From contig OX597817.1 of the NCBI GenBank assembly GCA_951406725.2, positions 105,214,001-105,278,000 of the forward strand: a stretch of 64,000 nt of DNA. Reading direction: 5' to 3'. The stretch is from Octopus vulgaris. Lineage: Eukaryota. How positions within the stretch are numbered: the first letter of the stretch is position 1; every line of letters starts with the position of its first letter. A model generated the notes under the pieces. That model saw only the letters and a program-made list of their open reading frames with translations, did not search any database and was not told the DNA's origin. Shown piece after piece: positions 13,945 through 25,978 of this stretch. Made by a program: the position numbers and the translations under genes.

Positions 13945-14335
13945 GAAGATCGGTGGTGATTTGAGACCGGGTGGTACATGAGTCTTAAGGGAAGAGATGA
14001 ATCGTAGTTCTTTGCGATGTCTGGATTTTGTGGATAAGTTTATAAAGCCAAGCCAAACATACTAGAGTGTTGTGTGAAGTACGGCAAGCGGAAATAAATG
14101 GAAACTAAGTTTTGTATCCGGAAACAGATGTCTCGAAAGTGCTCGGTATATCAGTCCGCTAAACGGTGACCCGTTTCGCTTATGTTGTAAAGCAAATGAT
14201 GTTGGTGGAGGTGCGAATGAAAGAGTTAAAGATGTGTACTTTGTCGTGGTTCGGTCCTATCATGGAGGTGATCTTAGTGAGGAACTGGACGTGGAGATGG
14301 GCGGAATTGTGAGAGAGAATGGCTCTACCGCCTGG
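13945..14335 (-). mobile_element. Penelope-like element: GIY-YIG endonuclease remnant
   Basis: Minus-strand pieces FNSFIRTSTNII, ISETGHRLAD*YTEHFRDI and HRKELRFISSLKTHVPPGL match the PLE pattern YIGETxRxLxxRxxEH...ExxxIxxLxTxxPxGLN; absent from the ORF track. Confidence 0.8.
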
Positions 14336-14809
14336 TGGTCACGTAGATTTTGGGTATACATACAGTCATGTATACATACGTACGAACATACATACACATC
14401 CATCCATCCATCCATCCATCCATTCATACATAGTACATACATACATACTTGCATACACACATTATATGTGTGTACGTTTGTATGTGTACATACACATACA
14501 AAGAGAAAGTAACGGTGACACTAGCATATTTGGTGCTGTAATATAAGAAATGTTAATTGAAGTTATATACGTAGTGAGAAGAACAATAAGATTTTGTTTT
14601 GATGATCCTTAGCATGCTGATGTAGTACCGACATAGGTTTCCTATCACTATATTCTTTCTAGTGATGCGCTATTCTCTCAGCCAGGCTCGAGGCAGTTTC
14701 TCCCAATATATGCTGTGGTGAATTCTTAAGGTGTGTTTGGACTAAATATGACAGTTTGCATAAAAGGAAAAGAAAGCGCATTATCCCATCCAAAAATATA
14801 AGTAACTTT

Positions 14810-15180
14810 AAAAATAAAAAAGTATCAACTAAATGATGGTTGGGAAATAATAGTTTGCCCAGAGTAGCTGCCCCCAGCTTCTAACACGGACTCAAGGTAG
14901 CTCCGGAAACTGGCGCATGCTTTTCTCATTGTAACCCTTGGAAGATCTTCGAATACCTCTTTGATCTTGACCACCATGTCGGCCTTGATTTGCGGGCAGA
15001 GCGGTTGATACCTTTCTCATCTGTATCTCACACATAGGAATCCATGGCATTACAATCGGAGGAATATGGAGACTAGAAATTTGAGCTGGTGAAACTGTAG
15101 AAATTCTCCGACAACCACTCCTTTTGAGAAGTATGGCAAGGAACAGAAAATAATACCGACGGAAGTTTCTTATCACTGTA
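14810..15180 (-). mobile_element. Tc1/mariner-superfamily transposase C-terminal remnant
   Basis: Alternative frame gives ..SPYSSDCNAMDSYV.. (SPDxNPxDY-like) and a ..ACASFRSYLESVLEAGG.. ending. Confidence 0.6.
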
Positions 15181-15376
15181 TTCTTTCTTATGCTCCTCCA
15201 TTCTCTGAACCAAGCTGGCTATAGAAGGCCTACGTCAGTACTTTAACGCCATGTTTAGGATAAACATGAAGGCATGTTGAATATCATAGACCTACAAATC
15301 ATCCTATGACGTAACTTGACGACAGATACGTGAATCTCATTTAATAAAATAAAAATACGGATAAAGTATAATGCCC

Positions 15377-15398
15377 ACACCACCACCACCACCACCAT

Positions 15399-15470
<72 letters not shown>

Positions 15471-15490
15471 AACTATTGCTGCTGCTGCTA
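15377..15490. repeat. (CAC)n-(TAC)n microsatellite
   Basis: Direct read. Confidence 0.95.
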
Positions 15491-15865
15491 CAAAAATATT
15501 AAACTATTTACTATCATTTATGAATTTACATGTATATGCATACCTTTATAATGCTGATGTATGCCACAAAGAATAGGCACCTTGGCATTAGATTGGTCGT
15601 GGTGGTATACAAATTCGCATATATGTATGTTCCTGTATATTATAGTTGCAGACCACCATGTAGTTGCATATTGATATCAAATTGGTCGATAAACACAATG
15701 TAAATCAGATACTGCGGCGGACCACAGCATTTATAAAGGAAACTGGTCCCACTACCACAACCACCAGAGGAAAAAATTATAGACCTATGAGTTAATAAAC
15801 ATACATCGTCATGTGTGTTAGTTTAGTAAATATACATTGGCTTATTAAACATACATTTTTGTGAT

Positions 15866-15913
<48 letters not shown>

Positions 15914-17436
15914 GTGTGTGTGTGTGTGTGTTTGCGCCCGCGCGCAGTAGAGTGTGTGCTTATATGATTTGCTTATACATATGTTAAGTATAGCACATTG
16001 ATAGATAAATTCATTATTCCTTTGCGCTATTAGAATGAAAGAGAAAGAGAGATTTAAAAAATTGTAATATGATCCGCACCATTCCGAAAATAAATATAGT
16101 TATTAGTCTTGAATGTCCATACACGCACTCACACGCATCAACGTACACCTACATACACACGCATTCCATTCGGAGAGACAAAAATACTAACCATAGAATA
16201 AACAAATAAATTGATAAATAAATAAACGTTTAAGCATTCACACCTTTTACAGAGTCCACACCATAGGCATACACAGGAACGCACACACCCCTCTCTCTCT
16301 CATATATTGTCATTCACATCCCCAGTAAATATAAAATATGGAATTTGTGAACAGGCCTGGAGCAGAGCTAGAGTAAACTGGGCGTATGTCATTGATGAGG
16401 TGACGAAACGCTTGATCAAACAATCGATTAATATGGTAATAGGGTAAATGGTTAACTAGGTGACTTATAATAATAAAAGAAATGAAATAGAAACACTGTT
16501 TATTATTAGTATAAGGTCCCTCCCGAGATACAATAAAAAGGATATAATAACAAGCCATAAACGGAGATATTCTTAGTCACTCATTTCTAAGAACTACTGC
16601 ATGATTACATGTCAAAGCAGAGCCTTTGTGTAATCAGGTCGCATGTTGTCTGACTGACTACAGTTCCCTAAAGTAGTGATAAGCAGACAGAAAGAAAAAT
16701 ATTTGAATGTGCGTTGGATAACATTTGTTGTGTTATCGACAGAACAACAGTGATAGGTGAATATTTATTACTATTAAGAAGAGCATTTGATTAATAATAT
16801 GTTACATACATAGTAAAGATATTAAAACATGGGTGATCTTTTAGAAAAGGTATCTAAAATGGCCGACACTAAAGTGAATTAAACGACACTAAAGAAAATG
16901 AAGACCACCAATGAAATTCGGTGTTAAAATGAAATAAGTCATGTTGATTCTTCTGTTTTGCTTAATATTTTGAATAAATAGCCGAAAGTGAATGCATGGA
17001 ACTTCTGACAATGTTCTCAATGTATCTTCAAAATTTCGGATGGCGTCGGGTTCACAAAGATAATACTCTCATCGACTGGACACGACCTTATGTAATAAAT
17101 TTCTTCCATTTTTTATTTTTGCATTTTAATAGAATAATTTTACAAATAAATTCATGGAAATTTAATGAAATAACAGCTACGTTTTAGGTTCTTTCAGACA
17201 AATATATTTTATCACCGATTTTCATGAGTCCATTCATTATATGAGCATATAATAAAAGATTATTAAAGCATTAATTAAAAGCATTAACAAAATCTGTCAA
17301 ACAAGAGAGAAAACGAGATTTCTTCTCGCAACAATGTTCTACATTAAATAAATATTGCAATGTATAATAATTATATAGTGTTCTGTATGCTCGTAGTTAG
17401 TTTCGTTTTATCTTTTGTATTACCTCAATCCAAAGC

Positions 17437-17489
<53 letters not shown>

Positions 17490-17750
17490 TATATATATAT
17501 ATGGTCAGTTTTAGTTGAGAATAAAATCACTAATCAAACGTACGCGTAACAGCTTAGTCGGTGACCTCAAAGTATGCACAAGACACATTCTTTCAGTTTG
17601 CTTGCTGATAACAAAATAGGACAAAATAACAAATCTGATAGGGCGTATGTCAATCAACTAACTAACTATATCCTGTTTTGAAGATGAAATTTAATGACTA
17701 TTGAAGTTTGAGTGACAAATTAAAAAATGCATATCTATTTATGTATATAA

Positions 17751-17805
<55 letters not shown>

Positions 17806-17834
17806 CATATAAGTACAGATATATATATATGTGA

Positions 17835-17899
<65 letters not shown>

Positions 17900-18335
17900 C
17901 ACATAAATATACACATAATATATTCGTATGTATATATACAAAGACAAATACCAATGTTAAATACAACATGAATTAACGATGTATTAAAATTATCTCCACC
18001 GCTAGAGAATGATTTGTAATTATCAAATGGCTACTAAGACCGGCTCCACTTCAGGAAGGGAGATAATTTCACGATTGAAGATTTCCCCATAATTGATAAG
18101 CCATTAAGGAAAGTAACAGATTATTTTCTGGAGTTGAGAGTAAAGTTGTGGACATGAGCTTGTGGCTCAGTTGTCTGAGCCACAAGATTTGAACTTTTGA
18201 TGGGAGATGTAACAATTAACCATAACTTAGATACTCAAAACTGAAACGATATTTTACTTTCAAGTTAAACAGTTCATACCGTAAAATCCGTAAAGTAATA
18301 TAACATATTTAAAAGGATTTATACAAATAAATTTC

Positions 18336-18383
<48 letters not shown>

Positions 18384-18523
18384 CGTGCGTGTGCGAGCGC
18401 GTGTGTGTGTCTGTTTCTGTCTCTGTCCCTATCTCTTCCTCCTTCTCTCTCTCTCTCCCTCTCTCTCTCTCCCTCCTGTCTCTCTCTCTTTCTGACTGTC
18501 TATCAAGCGAGCGATCTGTCTTG

Positions 18524-18611
<88 letters not shown>

Positions 18612-18845
18612 ACATTTTATCTTTTACTTGTTTCGGTCACTGAAGCATTTAGCCGTACAAATCGACCTCAGTACTTCTTTTTTCAAAGCCTGGTTCTTAT
18701 TCTTTCGGTCTGTTTTTGCCAGGCCGCTAGGGTACAGGTACGTAAACAAGCCAACACCGGATCTCAAGCAGTGGGGTGGACAAACACGAACACCTTCCAC
18801 GCTACAATTGTCTGTATATATAATATATATATATATGTGTATGTG

Positions 18846-18897
<52 letters not shown>

Positions 18898-18900
18898 GTT

Positions 18901-18931
<31 letters not shown>

Positions 18932-19137
18932 ATGTATGTATGTATGTATGTATGTATACGACGGGTTTCAGACCCAGATGTTCAGACCCAGATTCGTCAT
19001 GTCTGTGAATAGCTAGGAACTAAGGTGTTCCAGCCATGATCGTCCCGTATATATTTTTTTCATTTAAACATAATATATGTAGGACCAATGTTTCTCTCAG
19101 ATATAGTGCATTTACGATCGCGTGATCCAGCTTGTTC

Positions 19138-19355
19138 TTTTATCTTTTACTTTTTCATACATTGAACCGCGGCCATGCTTGGGCACCAACTCGAAAGGTT
19201 TAGTCAAACAAATCGACCGCCAATACTCTTTTTAATTCTTTAAGCCAGGTACTTATTCTATGTTTCTTTATTTCTTTTTACCGAACTGCAAAGTTATGGG
19301 GACTTAAAAAAATAACCCCGGTTGTCAAACGGTGGGAGGGGAAAAGCACAAAGAT

Positions 19356-19396
<41 letters not shown>

Positions 19397-19555
19397 CACA
19401 CACACGCGCGCGCACGACGGACTTTCAATTTCTGTCTACCAAATCCACTGACAAGGCTTTGATCAGCCTGGGTGCTATAGTAGAAGAGACTTTCAGTGGG
19501 GCTGAACCCGAAACCATGTGGTTGAGAAGCCAACTTCTTACTACACAGCCATACA
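19138..19555 (-). mobile_element. tRNA-derived SINE with internal (CA)n, same family as 23394-23789
   Basis: Reverse-complement match to head (ggctgtgtagtaagaagttggcttctcaaccacatgg) and 3' end; similar pieces at 18615-18790, 35560-35690, 38330-38582, 55880-56080, 57015-57170, 58750-59130, 60905-61110 and 62117-62245. Confidence 0.85.
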
Positions 19556-19703
19556 TTTGTTTTTTTAAAAAAGATCACTGTAATAGGTCGAGCGACCTTA
19601 TGAAGGCTCTTACGCTGGCTCCTTTATTTAAATGTGCCCTTAAGGTACACCTTCAAACAATGTGTAAATCGTTGGGGCAGTTTAGCTTAACTTTCATCTA
19701 AAT

Positions 19704-20031
19704 CAGGGGTTCTCAGCCATTTTTTTTTTATCTATGGACCCCTTTGGTTACTATTTTATTCGGGTGGACCCCGATAGCCATTTGATATTTAAAAACTAAT
19801 TTTATAGAAACTTCTTTCAAAATTCCTTTATAGTTTTTCACACATTAAATTGTGTAGGTTGAACTATGTTATATGTACATACTAGTTCATACATTTAAAG
19901 CAAAATGCTTTCAGGGGCCCTTAAAATACTATTGTGAATCCCTAATTTACTATTTTGTTAATTTGGCCACCCCACCCAAAAATCTTATACGGACACTCAG
20001 TGACCATATGGACCCTGGTTGAGACCCACTG
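19704..20031. mobile_element. hAT (Charlie-like) MITE
   Basis: TIRs caggggttctcagcca / tggttgagacccactg; imperfect 8-bp TSD atctaaat/ttctaaac; a related end lies near 29990-30070. Confidence 0.75.
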
Positions 20032-20064
20032 TTCTAAACCATTACACGTCTACGCATAAATATT

Positions 20065-20462
20065 CCTTTCTACTCTAGGTACAAGGCCCGAAATTTTGGG
20101 GGAGGGGGCCAGTCGATTAGATCCACCCCAGTACGCAACTGGTACTTAATTTATCGACCCCGAAAGGATGAAAGGCAAGGTCGACCTCGGCGGAATATGA
20201 ACTCACAACGTAAAGCCAGACGAAATACCTATTTCTTTACTACCTACAAGGGGCTAAACACAGAGGAGACAAACAAAGACAGACAGACGGATTAAGTCGA
20301 TTATATCGATCCCAGTGCGTAAATGGTACTTAATTTATCGACCTCGAAAAGATGAAAAGCAAAGTCGACCTCGGCGGAATTTGAACTCAGAACGTAACGG
20401 CAGACGAAATACAGCTACGCATTTCGCCCGACGTGGTAACGATTCTGCCAGCTCGCCGCCTT
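20065..20462 (-). mobile_element. Dimeric tRNA-derived SINE (head aaggcggcgagctggcag)
   Basis: B-box-like gagttcaaattcc; duplicated body; ~17-bp TSD gtctacgca(t/g)aa(a/g)tatt at 20048-20064 and 20463-20479. Confidence 0.88.
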
Positions 20463-21175
20463 GTCTACGCAGAAGTATTATCTGATACTGTGGGATAGGA
20501 ATCAGAGAATATTTAGCACGGATATACGATATATTTCTTTGCCATAACAAATAGCTAGCCAAGTACGCAGCTCAGTTACTATTTCCGGTTAGAGAAACTT
20601 CGCTTCCTTTTTATACTGCTACTTTCTGTAGCTTTCAATCTTACAAAAACATTTTATTCACTAAAGGGTTTTTAGTCTCTTTTTTTCTCAACTTTCCGAA
20701 TCAATTTATTCTCAAGGATTATTCTCCCTATCATCAGAAGTGTAAGAGAAAAGTCATACATACACGCATCCATCCATCCATCTATCCATCAATCCATCCA
20801 TCCATTCATACATGCATACATGCATCCATTCATACATACATACATACATACATACATACATACATACATACATACATACATACATACATACATTAATGGT
20901 TGTCTTTATATTGAGTTATAATGAAAACAATGTTATCCTAAACTGAAGGATAACTGAGTACTCTTTGTAAAGGACATATTCATTATTCTTTAACAAGAAT
21001 GGTATTGACAGTGACTTCGAAATCACTGTCAATACTATTCTTGTTAAAGAATATATATATATATACACATACACACAAATATATATACACATCCATTCAT
21101 TCATCTATTCATACATACATACGTACATACATACATATATACATGCATGTATGCATACATACATACATACATACA

Positions 21176-21209
<34 letters not shown>

Positions 21210-21697
21210 CATACATGCATACATACATACATACATACATACATACATACAAACATACATGCTTACATATATGCATACATATATATGTGATATAACCAGA
21301 AATGGCTCTGATGAAAGTAGCATTAATTTTCTTAGGTCGTTCAAATTTTTCTCAATTCATCAACTGACCAATAGAGTTAACCTGTCATTAATATACCTAT
21401 AATGACTACCAGAAACAGGTGTAAGCCAAATTTGCTCTAATAAAGGAAAAATATGTAATGGCCATTATATTTAGCATGTTCTTTTTTATATATCACTCTG
21501 GGTAAAAACCAGTATGTCTGGAGTCCATACATGGATTTACAATGTAGAATTGTGACGAACCATAACCTTGGACCCTGCCATAAGAATACCTGAAGTTTTT
21601 CACTAATCTAAATAATATTGTTAACCTGGAGTGTCAAAAGAGAGGTTTATGAAGTATTTTGCTCCGATTGATAATACATCGCTGTTAGCTCTGTTTT

Positions 21698-21755
<58 letters not shown>

Positions 21756-21919
21756 TCACACATCCAAACAAATAATAGTGCAGAAGAAACGACTGAAGAT
21801 GAAAATGCACAGACCAGAGATGATGATTTTGTATTTTAATACATACATACATGCATGCATACATACATACATACATACATACATACATACATACATACAT
21901 ACATACATACATAGACACA

Positions 21920-22040
21920 CACATGCAAAAATACCTGCTGATGTCGTTGAAATTCCAACGAAGGAGCCTTGGATCTAGGTAATAAACAGTCTCTTTCTCT
22001 ATTGACAAGAAATCTTGAAATAAAACTGAATAATGACATA
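21920..22040 (+). mobile_element. 3' end of a retroelement inserted in (CATA)n
   Basis: Unique island between (CATA)n tracts ending ..ctgaataatga-catacatac; loosely similar to the R4-like 3' end at 48890-48960. Confidence 0.5.
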
Positions 22041-22064
22041 CATACATACATACGTTCATGTAGG

Positions 22065-22568
22065 TTTTAAATTTTAGCACAATACCAGCAATTTCGGGTT
22101 TGAGGCTAAGTCGATTACATCGATCCCAGTATTTCACTGGTACTTACTTTATCGACCTTGGCGGCATTTGAACTCAGAACGCAAAGACGTACGAAATCCT
22201 ACTAAGCATTTTATCCGGCGTGCTAACGATTCTTATTTTTTTACTGCCCAAAAAGGGCTACACACAGAGAGGACAAACAAGGACAGACAAAGGGATTAAG
22301 TGCGTAACTGGTACTTAATTTATCGACCCCGAAAGGATGAAAGACAAAGTCGACCTCGGCGGAATTTAAACTCAGTACGTAACGGCAGACGAAATACCTA
22401 TTTCTTTACTACCCACAAGGGGCTACACAGAAAGGACAAACAAGGACAGACAAACGGATTAAGTCGATTACATCAACCCCAGTGCGTAAATGGTACTTAA
22501 TTTATCGACCCCGAAAGGATGAAAGGCAAAGTCGACCAGCGTGCTAACGTTTCTGCCAGCTCGCCGCC

Positions 22569-22570
<2 letters not shown>
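22065..22570 (-). mobile_element. Multimeric cluster of the same SINE family as 20065-20462
   Basis: Three repeats of the ggtactt..tttatcgacc.. body and two copies of the tttctttact..ggacagacaa tail; other copies at 40530-40753 and 49300-49490. Confidence 0.88.
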
Positions 22571-22599
<29 letters not shown>

Positions 22600-22633
22600 C
22601 ATACATACATACATACATACATACATACATACA

Positions 22634-22666
<33 letters not shown>

Positions 22667-23036
22667 GCTAATGTTTGATTTTTATGTGAAATTACATATA
22701 AAAACGATTTAACTTTAAACTGAAATATTCCTCAAATTTTGGCAGATGGCAGGAAATTGTGAGAAGAATGGGCAAATTAAATGGACATCAGTACTTGACT
22801 GGTATGTACGTCATCGACATAAATAATGATGAAAGGCGAAATCGACCTCAGCGGAATTACTTTTTCCCGTCGTATTGCAAGTCAGCCAATTCGTCGCCGC
22901 GCCATTAAATTGAAATATTACTCAATGCTTTTCAGAAGAATATCACTTTTTACGAGGAAAGGGTTGACATTGTGTGAGTGTGCGCGCGCGTCTGCATCTG
23001 TGTATGTGTGCGTGCGTGCGTGCGTGCGTGCGTGTG

Positions 23037-23080
<44 letters not shown>

Positions 23081-23212
23081 GCGTAGATGATACAAATATG
23101 AGTTAAGAGAAATAAATCAGAGTAACCAGTGGAATAAGGCTATATTAAATACCATCCAATATAGATTTTTGATTTATTGTAAAAATATATCTCTGCTTCA
23201 AGAGAAGGTATT

Positions 23213-23286
<74 letters not shown>

Positions 23287-23334
23287 TACATACATGCATA
23301 TATACATACACATACATACATACATACACATACA

Positions 23335-23367
<33 letters not shown>

Positions 23368-23393
23368 GCATATATATATATATATATTTATAT

Positions 23394-23788
23394 AGGCGCA
23401 GGAGTGGTTGTGTGGTAAGTAGCTTGCTTACCAACCACATGGTTCCGGGTTCAGTCCCACTGCGTGGCATCTTGGGCAAGTGTCCTGCTATAGCCCCGGG
23501 CCGACCAATGCTTTGTGTGTGGATTTGGTAGACGGAAACTGAAAGAAGCCTGTCGTATATATGTATATATATATATATGTATGTGTGTGTATATGCTTGT
23601 GTGTCTGTGTTTGTCCCCCTAGCATTGCTTGACAACCGATGCTAGTGTGTTTATGTCCCCGTCACTTAGCGATAGAATAAGTACTGGGCATACAAAGAAT
23701 AAGTCCCGGGGTCGATCTGCTCGACTAAAGGCGGTGCTCCAGCATGGCCGCAGTCAAATGACTGAAACAAGTAAAAGAGAGAAAAGAG

Positions 23789-23789
<1 letters not shown>
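23394..23789 (+). mobile_element. Near full-length tRNA-derived SINE with internal microsatellite
   Basis: A-box-like tggttgtgtggtaag, B-box-like gggttcagtccc, body ..cttgggcaagtgtc.., 3' end gcatggccgcagtcaaatgactgaaacaagtaaaag; many copies in the window. Confidence 0.88.
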
Positions 23790-23835
<46 letters not shown>

Positions 23836-24128
23836 CATACATACAATATGTGTATGTGTGTGTAAACATTGGTTAGGCTCTAAACAATGCTTTCTATTCT
23901 TTTATAGAATATGCCTAAGTGATTCATCTGATGAAGGCAAGGTAGGATAATTACTGTGCTGATAACGCATATTGAGGCAGAGATACATGTCAACAGCAGT
24001 TCTCTTCTGTTCCAAGGAGAATTTGTTGATTCAGCTTACTTGCATGTATACATACATACATACATACAAACATACATACATACATACATACATACATACA
24101 TACATACATACATACATACATACATACA

Positions 24129-24164
<36 letters not shown>

Positions 24165-24236
24165 TGCATATATATTCACATATAATATATACATATGTGT
24201 ACACATGTAACGTATATATATATATATATAAATAAA

Positions 24237-24280
<44 letters not shown>

Positions 24281-24285
<5 letters not shown>

Positions 24286-24844
24286 AAGAAAAATAAGTTG
24301 GCTAGCAGCAAGCTGTTTCGCCTCATACCGAAGGAATTAGAAATGGCAGAATTTTGGAAGGAAAATTTACGTTCCCAGGCGTTACTTGGTTTTAACATCT
24401 GCGCACTTCCCCCCACTATCTGATGTCGCTGGGTCAGAAGTGAGGGCTGGTGGCATTTGATAAAGCTAACGAATATAGCGCTGATGACGGAATTCAAACT
24501 CACCCTTTTTTTATATGTTTGTGATCCAGAAACACCGTGTTCGCTATTAACGGTAAGTGACTGAATTCGTATATTTGCTACTCCGGTTTTGTGTATGTGA
24601 GCCGCAAGGGCCTTCGTTTTTGGAACCTCCACTTATAGAAATGGAAAAACGGTCTTTGACTGCCATTTCTAATTCCTTCGGTATGAGGCGAAACAGCTTG
24701 CTGCTAGCCAACTTATTTTTCTTTACTATATACTGAACCTTACAAAGGTCTTGACAATTATTTTGTCGTATTTACATACCGAAATTTACCGGTAAATAAT
24801 TGTTGGTTACATGAAAAACCACAGGAAAATTATTTACCATTTTT

Positions 24845-24848
<4 letters not shown>
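24281..24848 (+). mobile_element. (TA)n-inserted hammerhead-bearing element with 69-bp inverted repeats (Penelope-derived or retrozyme-like)
   Basis: 24281-24349 is the reverse complement of 24660-24728; HHR fold between the arms; (TA)n on both sides. Confidence 0.7.
24475..24547 (+). ncRNA. Type I hammerhead ribozyme candidate
   Basis: atagcg-CTGATGA-c-gga..caaac..gtttg..tcc-a-GAAA-cac.cgtgt-T-cgctat: perfect 6-bp stem I, intact core boxes, GUU cleavage triplet; C.A mismatch at the base of stem II. Confidence 0.68.
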
Positions 24849-24894
<46 letters not shown>

Positions 24895-24904
<10 letters not shown>

Positions 24905-25750
24905 TGAGAATGTGTGTCTGTCTGTTTCCCTAAAACTTGAGAACTACTCAACCAATTTCATTCAACTTTTACACATGCCTTACTTAGGGTCCGGGGAGTG
25001 TCATCGGCAAAAAAATTAAATTTTTTTGCCTAGGGCGAGCCCACACCAATATCATATCTTCTCCACTACGATACCCTAAAACTTGAGAACTACACAACCA
25101 ATTTCATTCAAATTTTACACATGCCTTACTTAGGGTCCATGTAGTTTCATGGGCAAAAAAAAGTTCAACTTCTTGCCTAGAGCGAGCCCATAGCAATATC
25201 ATATCTTCTCCACTATTTCAGTATTACGTGTTAAAAGTGAAACAAAAATATTTCTCTATTTTATGCCAGATGCTTTCACTTTAATAATAAAAATAATAAT
25301 AACAATTGAATTATATGTAGTAAGTAATAATTAAAATCAAACTAAAGTATAATATAATCGTAACATAACAAAAGTAAAAATAGCAATTGGTCTAAAATTG
25401 CATCAATGATTTGAACTTGAATAAGTGGTTTCACATGAATGGGAATAAATTAAAAATAAAATTAGCGTGCAGAAATGGAATAGTCCAGATGGATAATAAA
25501 AAATTAAATTAAAGAAAAGACTATTGTCTATGAAGTATACAATGTAGAGAAAAAAGAAGAGCTAACAATTCCAGTCTGTTATATATTTTGAGTATTGTTA
25601 TCACTAGCGATATCAAGATATAACTTTGTATTTTGCATTTTATGTGTAGATGTATATATATAGATGTACATGTAATATGTACACATATATATACACATAT
25701 ATACATGCACTAGCACTATGACCCGGCAACGACGGGTCTTTAATGTTAGT
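24895..25750 (+). mobile_element. Non-autonomous Helitron
   Basis: 5' tatatataaaactgagaatgtgtgtctgtctg; 3' GC-rich hairpin gacccggcaacgacgggtc shortly before (g)ttag|t, a decayed CTAG end; internal ~145-bp tandem duplication 24928-25068 / 25074-25215. Confidence 0.72.
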
Positions 25751-25783
25751 ATATATATATATGTATAGATCATACATGCACAC

Positions 25784-25841
<58 letters not shown>

Positions 25842-25893
25842 TTATATATATACACTCATACATATATATATATATATACATATATTTACATAC

Positions 25894-25978
<85 letters not shown>

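Noticed and set aside
16387-16417. gtca-TTGATGA-ggtgac-GAAACGCT-tgat, hammerhead-like
   Set aside because: Core mismatch, 1-bp stem II, no proper NUH register and no repeat context; compatible with chance
23394-23470. Functional tRNA gene
   Set aside because: It is a SINE head continuing into a multi-copy SINE body, with no complete cloverleaf
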